A stretch of DNA of 64,000 nt from Thermodesulfobacteriota bacterium (GTDB lineage: Bacteria > Desulfobacterota > Desulfobulbia > Desulfobulbales > SURF-16): positions 224,001 to 288,000 of the forward strand of contig JBFMAY010000001.1 of assembly GCA_040755455.1 (NCBI GenBank), written 5' to 3'. Below are positions 58,001 through 64,000 of this stretch, in pieces; position 1 is the first letter of the stretch, and each line of letters opens with the position of its first letter. The translations under genes were made by a program, and so were the position numbers. The notes beneath the pieces were generated by a model. It was given only the letters and a program-made list of their open reading frames with translations. It was not told the origin of the DNA and ran no database searches.

Positions 58001-58029
58001 TTGTCATTGTGGCCTGTTTGTGCTACAAT
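58001..58029 (+). promoter_or_regulatory. Sigma70 promoter with overlapping imperfect palindrome, upstream of relB-cas1-cas2
   Basis: TTGTCA-N17-TACAAT with extended -10 TG; TTGTGGC-N8-GCTACAA. Confidence 0.6.
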
Positions 58030-58199
58030 TAAATATGTGATTACCACTGAAATTCAGCCGGTCTTTCAGTAGATGATGTAATGCATTGATAATGCTCAAA
58101 GATGCAATTTGACCAGAGGTCATTCGCGCTTTCTCGGGAATGACGTGCAAAAAGGCTGAAGATTGATGGTAATCACAATTAAACAAGGGAGGGGATATC

Positions 58200-58475
58200 A
58201 TGAGCAAAACGGCAACCGTCCGGGCGCGGATACAGCCCGATTTGAAAAACCATGCGGAGGCGGTATTTGAGCGGTTGGGGATCAACGCTACCCAGGCGAT
58301 TACCATGTTTTATAAACAGGTTGAAATACACAACGGCCTGCCCTTTGATCTGGTCATTCCGGCCCCGGCCACGAAAAAGACTTTCCAGGCCACCGATGCC
58401 GGCCGCGATCTGGTCGTCTGTGAAGACGCCGGCGACATGTTCGCGAAACTGGGGTATAGTGGACCCCCAAAATGA
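58200..58475 (+). CDS. RelB/DinJ family antitoxin (orphan)
   Basis: MSKTATVRARI...LK..AE.VF.RLG....AI.MFYKQV....GLPF; no toxin gene follows. Confidence 0.85.
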   Translation: MSKTATVRARIQPDLKNHAEAVFERLGINATQAITMFYKQVEIHNGLPFDLVIPAPATKKTFQATDAGRDLVVCEDAGDMFAKLGYSGPPK

Positions 58476-58537
58476 GACAGTATGTTAAGGTGGAATTTGT
58501 ACTGTCTTGAGGGGGGGGAAATGAAGCGAAAACAATC
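58455..58537 (+). mobile_element. Probable IS3-family left-end remnant
   Basis: TATAGTGGACCCCCAAAATGAGACA resembles an IS3/IS150 terminal repeat; G-rich RBS then ATG AAG CGA AAA CAA (MKRKQ, OrfA-like), cut off at cas1. Confidence 0.45.
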
Positions 58538-59539
58538 ATGGCCAATCTCTATCTGACCGAACAGAATTCCATCCTCCGCAAGACCGGGGACCGGCTCATC
58601 GTGCAGAAAAACGATGAAACCCTGCTTGACGTGCAATGCCACAAGATCGAGGCGGTGCTCATCTTCGGCAATGTCCAGTTCACCACCCAGGTGGTGCACG
58701 AGCTGTTTGAGCACGGCATCGAGATGGCCATCCTGACCCGGACCGGCAGGCTCATCGGCCAGATCACCTCGCCCTTCACCAAAAATATCGCCCTGCGCAT
58801 CGAGCAGTTCCGCAAATACGAGGATGAAGGTTTCCGGACCAGGATTTCCAGGGAGATCGTGGCCGGCAAGATCGGCAACTGCCTGCATATCCTGCGCAAT
58901 TTTTCCTACAACCACCCGGATACCGATCTTGGCGAGACGGCCGCGGGCATGAAGGCGAAGCTCGCGGCGGTTGCCGGGGCGACGGACATCGAGCAGCTGA
59001 TGGGCATAGAAGGGGATGCGGCCAGGACTTATTTCCAGGGCTTCGGCCGGATGGTGCTGGGGGATTTCGGCTTTCCGGGCAGGAGAAAACGGCCGCCGAC
59101 CGATCCGGTCAATGCCATGCTGTCCCTCAGCTATACCATGATCTTCAATGAGATAGCGTCCCTGCTGGATGGCCTGGGCTTTGATCCCTATCTCGGCTAT
59201 TTCCACAGTGTCGCCTATGGCCGGCAGTCGCTGGCCGCCGATCTCATGGAGGAGTTCCGCGCTCCGGTGGCCGACCGGCTGACCCTGCGGCTGGTGAATG
59301 ACCGGATCTTTTCCCCGGATGATTTCCGGGAAAACCCTGGCGGCGAGGGGGTGTATTTCAAGCGGGAGGCGATGAAGCGCTATTTCGCCGAGTACGAGAA
59401 AATGATTACCAGCCCATTCACCTTGAGTGAAACCGGGGAGCAGACGACCCTGCGCAAATGTTTCCGCCGGCAGGCGGAGAAGATGGCGAACGTCATCCGG
59501 GACGGCGTGGTTTACCAGCCGTTCAGCCTGGAGGGGTAG
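58538..59539 (+). CDS. cas1: CRISPR-associated endonuclease Cas1
   Basis: LYLTEQ, LMGIEG.AAR.YF, RPPTDPVNAMLS..Y, G.DPYLGYFH, DLMEEFR. Confidence 0.95.
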   Translation: MANLYLTEQNSILRKTGDRLIVQKNDETLLDVQCHKIEAVLIFGNVQFTTQVVHELFEHGIEMAILTRTGRLIGQITSPFTKNIALRIEQFRKYEDEGFRTRISREIVAGKIGNCLHILRNFSYNHPDTDLGETAAGMKAKLAAVAGATDIEQLMGIEGDAARTYFQGFGRMVLGDFGFPGRRKRPPTDPVNAMLSLSYTMIFNEIASLLDGLGFDPYLGYFHSVAYGRQSLAADLMEEFRAPVADRLTLRLVNDRIFSPDDFRENPGGEGVYFKREAMKRYFAEYEKMITSPFTLSETGEQTTLRKCFRRQAEKMANVIRDGVVYQPFSLEG

Positions 59540-59541
59540 GG

Positions 59542-59817
59542 ATGCTCTATCTGGTTTCCTACGATATACCCGACGACCGGCGGCGGACAAAGCTGGCCAA
59601 GGCCCTCAAGGATTTCGGCGACCGGGTGCAGTTCAGCGTCTTTGAGTGTCTGCTTGATGCGGACCTGCTGGCAAAGATGACGGAGCGGATCGGGGCGGTC
59701 ATCGCCGAGGAGGAGGACAGTGTGCGGATTTATTCCCTGTGCGCCGGCTGCGAAAGGGCCATCGCCATCATCGGCCAGGGAGAGGTGACGAAAAACGAGG
59801 ATGTCTATATCCTGTGA
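59542..59817 (+). CDS. cas2: CRISPR-associated endonuclease Cas2
   Basis: YLVSYDIPDDRRR, RVQFSVFEC, DSVRIY.LC..C. Confidence 0.95.
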   Translation: MLYLVSYDIPDDRRRTKLAKALKDFGDRVQFSVFECLLDADLLAKMTERIGAVIAEEEDSVRIYSLCAGCERAIAIIGQGEVTKNEDVYIL

Positions 59818-59841
59818 AGGCGGGTTGCTTGGCCTGGCCCG

Positions 59842-61191
59842 CTAGCAAGGGCAAACTTCTGGAGCGGCGGCCGGCCCGTTTTTCCGCAGGACGAAGAGAT
59901 TGCCGGGAATCCACCGCTGCTTTTCCATGCGGATGCCGTGGTCGCGGCTGGCCGCCACGGTAAAGCCATTGGCCGCGGCCAGCCGGTGGATGTAGGCCAT
60001 GGACTGGGCGTAGCGGCCGGAGCTGCGCAGCTGGTGATCATCCGCGTCATCCGCCCGTTCGATGGAAAAGACAAGGGCGGCGGCCGGGGCGGCGCAGCGG
60101 CTGACGGCGGCGAAGATCTGCTCAAGCCGGCCCACATAGATGAACACGTCGGCGGCGATGAAGAGGCCGAACTGCTCCGGGCAGCCCTGCAGGAAGGCGG
60201 TGATGTCCTGGCGGATGAGCCGGTCGTAGATGTTTTTTCCCTTGGCACGGGCCAGCATGTTGGCGGACAGATCGATGCCGGTGAGATCATCGGCCAGGTC
60301 CCGGAACGGCCGGCCGGACAGGCCGGTGCCGCAGCCGAGGTCAATGGCCCGGCCGAAGCGGCAGCCATTGCCCAGCGTTTCCCGCAGGAGCTGGCTGAGG
60401 GCCGCGGGCACGGTGTAGTGCAGTTTGCCTTCGAGATGGGCATCAAAGCCCGCGGCATAGAGATCAAAGGTGTTTTCCACATACTGCGGGGGCGCGGTTT
60501 CCGTGGTGGCGCCGGTGAAGGCGGCCAGCATGTGCCGGGCTGCGGCATGGTCCGGATCGAGTTCAAGGAGCTGGCGCAGGCATCGGGCCGCCGCCTCGTT
60601 GTTCTCCTCGCTGCCGTAAATGCCGGCCAGGTTGTACAGGGTGTTGACCTCCGCCGGCTGCAGGGCCAGGGCCTTTTGCAGGCAGTCGATGGCCGCCGCG
60701 TTGTTCCCCTGTCTGCTGTAAATGACGCCGAGGTTGTTCAAGGCCAGCGGGTAGCGCGGTTCAAGCTGCAGGGCCTGCTTGACCGACGCCTCCGCCTCGG
60801 CGAGCAGCCCCTGCAGGCAGAGGACCTTGCCCAGGTTGCTCAGGGCCTTGGCGTTGGCCGGCTGCAGTGTGAGCACCCGGCGGAAGCAGGATACGGCCTT
60901 GTCCAGTTCGCCGGTGGCCTCATGCACCGCCCCCAGATTAAGGAGCAGCATGGGGTTTTCCGGGTCGCGCTCCAGGGCCTTGCGGCAGCACTGCTCCGCC
61001 TCCTGGTGGCGCTGCTGGTCCCGGTAGAGAATGGCCAGGTTGCCCAGCACCATGGGGTTGTCCGGCAGGGCCGCCAGGATAAGGAGATATTTTTCCTCGG
61101 CCTGGGCCAGTTGCCCGTGCTGGTGCAGCCGCACCCCTTCCATGAACAGGCTCTGCAGGTCGGCTCCGCCGCCGTCATCCTTCATGGTCAT
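59842..61191 (-). CDS. TPR-repeat SAM-dependent methyltransferase
   Basis: TPR repeats; FD.YA..FD.HL...L.Y; DLGCGTG; GRYAQS. Confidence 0.85.
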   Translation of the reverse strand: MTMKDDGGGADLQSLFMEGVRLHQHGQLAQAEEKYLLILAALPDNPMVLGNLAILYRDQQRHQEAEQCCRKALERDPENPMLLLNLGAVHEATGELDKAVSCFRRVLTLQPANAKALSNLGKVLCLQGLLAEAEASVKQALQLEPRYPLALNNLGVIYSRQGNNAAAIDCLQKALALQPAEVNTLYNLAGIYGSEENNEAAARCLRQLLELDPDHAAARHMLAAFTGATTETAPPQYVENTFDLYAAGFDAHLEGKLHYTVPAALSQLLRETLGNGCRFGRAIDLGCGTGLSGRPFRDLADDLTGIDLSANMLARAKGKNIYDRLIRQDITAFLQGCPEQFGLFIAADVFIYVGRLEQIFAAVSRCAAPAAALVFSIERADDADDHQLRSSGRYAQSMAYIHRLAAANGFTVAASRDHGIRMEKQRWIPGNLFVLRKNGPAAAPEVCPC

Positions 61192-61432
61192 CGCCCCGTA
61201 ATATCGTTACTTTTTTTAACAAATTCTTGCAGTTATGAACTATTTCCATGGCCTTTTGCCTGTTTTGATGGTAAATATATAGTTCACGCTCAGAGGTTTG
61301 ACAATTTTTTTAGGTCAAATATTGGAAAAAAAAGCAGGCTTTGCGGTCATGCCAAAAAGGCTGTCTTTTTTAACTTGAGTATTTTCAGGGATATCCTTGT
61401 GAAATGCTCTTTAAGCCATTGGTGGATTGCCC

Positions 61433-63532
61433 ATGTTAGATTCCTTGCTCTCTCCGAAAAGTGTGGCGGTTATCGGTGCCTCCCGGACACCGGGAAAGGT
61501 CGGCCATGATATCCTGGCAAATTTGATAAGCGGCGGTTTCGACGGGCCGATTGTGCCGGTCAACCCCTCGGCCGACGAGGTTCTTGGCCTGCAATGTTAT
61601 CCCACGCTGCAGAAGTACGGCAAGCAGGTGGAGCTCAGCGTCATCGTCGTGCCCCGCAGCCATGTGGAAGACGCCGTGCGGGATTCCCTCGACGCCGGCT
61701 GCGGCGCCATCATCGTCATTTCCGCGGGCTTCAAGGAGACCGGTGAAGAGGGGGCGGCGCTGGAGAAAAAAATCGCCTCCCTGTGCCAGAGCCGCAATGT
61801 GCGCATGCTGGGACCAAACTGCCTGGGACTCATCAATACGGAGAGCAAACTCAACGCCTCCTTTGCCGGGCTCATGCCCGGCAGCGGCGGGGTGGCGGTG
61901 ATTTCCCAGTCAGGGGCGCTCTGCACCGCCATTCTCGATCAGGCGGCCGGCCGCCGCATGGGGCTTTCCAAGGTGGTCAGCATCGGCAACAAGGCTGACC
62001 TGTCCGAGGTGGATCTGCTGCGCGCCCTGGCCCGGGACGGTCAGACCAAGGTCATCGCCGGTTATCTGGAAGATATCAGTTCCGGTGACAATTTCGTCAA
62101 GGCGGCCGAGGAGGCCTCGTCCTTCAAGCCGGTTGTTATCCTGAAATCCGGCACCACCACCGCCGGGCTGCGGGCCGCCGCTTCCCATACCGGTGTGCTG
62201 GCCGGCGCGGATATAGCCTACGGCGCCGCCTTCAAACGTTCCGGCGTCATCCGGGCCGACACCTTTCAGGAGCTGTTTGATTTTGTCACCGCCTTTTCCA
62301 TGCAGCCCCTGCCCAAGGGCAAACGGGTGCTGATCATCACCAATGCAGGCGGCCCCGGCACCATGGTGGCTGATGCGGTGGAAAAGGCGGGGCTCGAGGT
62401 GATCAGCCTCAACCTCGCCATCGCCGACTCCCTGCGGCGCAAGCTGCCCAGCGCCGCCAGCACCGGCAATCCCATCGACGTGCTGGGCGATGCCGACCCC
62501 GAGCGTTATGTGGCGGCCATCGAGGCGGCCCAGAATGATGAAGGGGTGGACGCCATTATCGTCATCCTCACTCCCCAGGCCATGACCAGGCCGGCGGAAA
62601 CGGCCAGGGCCATTGCCGCCAAGCTGAATGGCCAGAAGCCGGTGCTGGCCTCCTTCATGGGCGGCAAGGGCGTCATGCCCGGCCGGGACGAGCTGGGCGA
62701 GGCGGGCCTGCCGGAATATGATTCGCCGGAGCGGGCCGTTGAGGCGCTCAAGGCCATGTATGAATATGCCTCCTGGAAACAGCGGCCGCCCCGGGTGGTG
62801 ACCCGCTTTCCGGTGAACCGGCGGCGGGCGGAGCGCATCATTACCCGCCACCAGCGCACCGGCCGCCTCCATCTCGGCGAGGTGAAGGCCAAGAGCATTC
62901 TGGACGCCTATGGCTTCCGCATTCCTGACGGCAAACTCGCCTCCAGTTCCGATGAGGCCATCGAGATCGCTAAAAGGGTGGGCTTTCCGGCCGCCATGAA
63001 GATCGTTTCCCCGGATATCGTGCACAAGACCGACTTGGGGGGGGTGCAGCTCAATCTCGCCTCGGCCAGCAAGGTGCGGGATGCCTATGATCTGATGATG
63101 CTGCGTATCAGGGAAAAGGCGCCGGACGCCAGGATTGAGGGTGTTTACGTGGAGAAGATGGTGGACACCGGCCTGGAGGTGATCATCGGCATGAGCCGCG
63201 ATCCCCAGTTCGGCCCCATGCTGATGTTCGGTCTGGGCGGTATTTTTGTCGAGGTCATGAAGGATGTCACCTTTCATCTGGCCCCCATCACCTCGGAAGA
63301 GGCGGTGCAGATGCTGCTGGCCACCCGCTCCTATGAAATTCTCAAGGGCAAGCGGGGCCAGAAGGGGGTTGATCTGGAGGCCATCGCCAACGGGCTGCAG
63401 CGGATCAGCCAGCTGACCACCGATTTCCCCGAGATTCAGGAACTTGATATCAATCCCTTCATTGTCGGCGAGATCGGCGGCACGGCGGTTGTCGCCGATG
63501 CCCGCATGACCTTGCGGCCTCTTTCGGCCTAG
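61433..63532 (+). CDS. Acetate--CoA ligase (ADP-forming) family protein
   Basis: PKSVAVIGAS, GPNCLG, SQSGA, ASHTG, NAGG.G, NPID, HKTD.GGV, DINP. Confidence 0.9.
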   Translation: MLDSLLSPKSVAVIGASRTPGKVGHDILANLISGGFDGPIVPVNPSADEVLGLQCYPTLQKYGKQVELSVIVVPRSHVEDAVRDSLDAGCGAIIVISAGFKETGEEGAALEKKIASLCQSRNVRMLGPNCLGLINTESKLNASFAGLMPGSGGVAVISQSGALCTAILDQAAGRRMGLSKVVSIGNKADLSEVDLLRALARDGQTKVIAGYLEDISSGDNFVKAAEEASSFKPVVILKSGTTTAGLRAAASHTGVLAGADIAYGAAFKRSGVIRADTFQELFDFVTAFSMQPLPKGKRVLIITNAGGPGTMVADAVEKAGLEVISLNLAIADSLRRKLPSAASTGNPIDVLGDADPERYVAAIEAAQNDEGVDAIIVILTPQAMTRPAETARAIAAKLNGQKPVLASFMGGKGVMPGRDELGEAGLPEYDSPERAVEALKAMYEYASWKQRPPRVVTRFPVNRRRAERIITRHQRTGRLHLGEVKAKSILDAYGFRIPDGKLASSSDEAIEIAKRVGFPAAMKIVSPDIVHKTDLGGVQLNLASASKVRDAYDLMMLRIREKAPDARIEGVYVEKMVDTGLEVIIGMSRDPQFGPMLMFGLGGIFVEVMKDVTFHLAPITSEEAVQMLLATRSYEILKGKRGQKGVDLEAIANGLQRISQLTTDFPEIQELDINPFIVGEIGGTAVVADARMTLRPLSA

Positions 63533-63598
63533 CGTTGCTTTGGCAGGTGCAGGGTGGTTTCCATTGAATAGCCCCATTGTTAAATTGAGGTTGAATAT

Positions 63599-64000
63599 AT
63601 GAAGCAGCCAGTAAAAGTAGAGTTCGATCCGCATTGGCAGGAAAAATACGAGGACATGATTGCCACTCCCAGGAAGGCCCTGGCCCATGTCAAAAACGGG
63701 CAGCGGGTTTTCATCGGCACCGGCTGCGGCGAGCCCCAGCTGCTGGTGGATGCGCTGACCAAAAGGGCCGGGGAGCTGGCGGATGTGGAGATCGTCCATC
63801 TGCTGACCAAGGGCGATGCCCCGTATGCCAGTCCCAAGCTGGCCGACAGTTTCACGGTGAACAGTTTTTTCATCGGCCAGAATGTGCGCGGCCTGATTCA
63901 GGAGGGGCTGGGCAGTTACACCCCCATGCTGCTCTCCGATATCCCGCTGCTGTTCAAGGCCGGCCAGCTGCCTCTTGATGTGGTGCTGGTGCAGGTGAGT
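63599..64000 (+). CDS. Acetyl-CoA hydrolase/transferase family protein (5' part; runs off the window)
   Basis: MKQPV...GQRVFIGTGCGEPQ.L...FFIG.NVR...YTP..LSDIP.LF...LDV.LVQVS. Confidence 0.85.
   Translation, partial: MKQPVKVEFDPHWQEKYEDMIATPRKALAHVKNGQRVFIGTGCGEPQLLVDALTKRAGELADVEIVHLLTKGDAPYASPKLADSFTVNSFFIGQNVRGLIQEGLGSYTPMLLSDIPLLFKAGQLPLDVVLVQVS

Noticed and set aside
59842..61191. TPR-methyltransferase (or the MAT gene) as part of SAM-AMP CRISPR signalling
   Set aside because: It is convergent to cas2 and a common stand-alone family. No CorA, NrN or SAM-lyase gene is present, and the effectors are CARF-type.

Overview
This is a GC-rich bacterial chromosomal window. Its gene content suggests a Desulfobulbales-like Thermodesulfobacteriota, but that is inference. 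From left to right it holds: a PadR-controlled ABC permease / LolA-like / outer-membrane protein operon; waaC; a complete membrane-bound [NiFe]-hydrogenase operon (HybO/HybC-like subunits, a HyaC-type cytochrome b, hypFCDE, protease, hypAB); and housekeeping genes including aat, Hsp20, histidine kinases, MazG/NUDIX, a rhodanese-persulfide dioxygenase fusion and an archaeal-type SAM synthetase. An accessory patch at 31.1-34.6 kb contains a clear integron gene cassette (attC) with no integrase in the window, plus Fic and a toxin-antitoxin pair. Next come a C39-peptidase / RimK / GCS2 amidoligase operon and a large secreted protein. The main feature is a ~16 kb type III-A CRISPR-Cas locus (44.0-59.8 kb): cas6, cas10-csm2-3-4-5, a CARF-HEPN effector, an MNT-HEPN pair, a tightly coupled 2TM-CARF / Csx3 / stand-alone reverse transcriptase trio, a leader, an 11-repeat array, toxin-antitoxin and IS scars, then cas1-cas2. 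The locus carries stubs of an earlier cas10 and an earlier CARF gene, and its RT is separated from cas1 by the array. All calls come from motif recognition by eye; no database searches were run.
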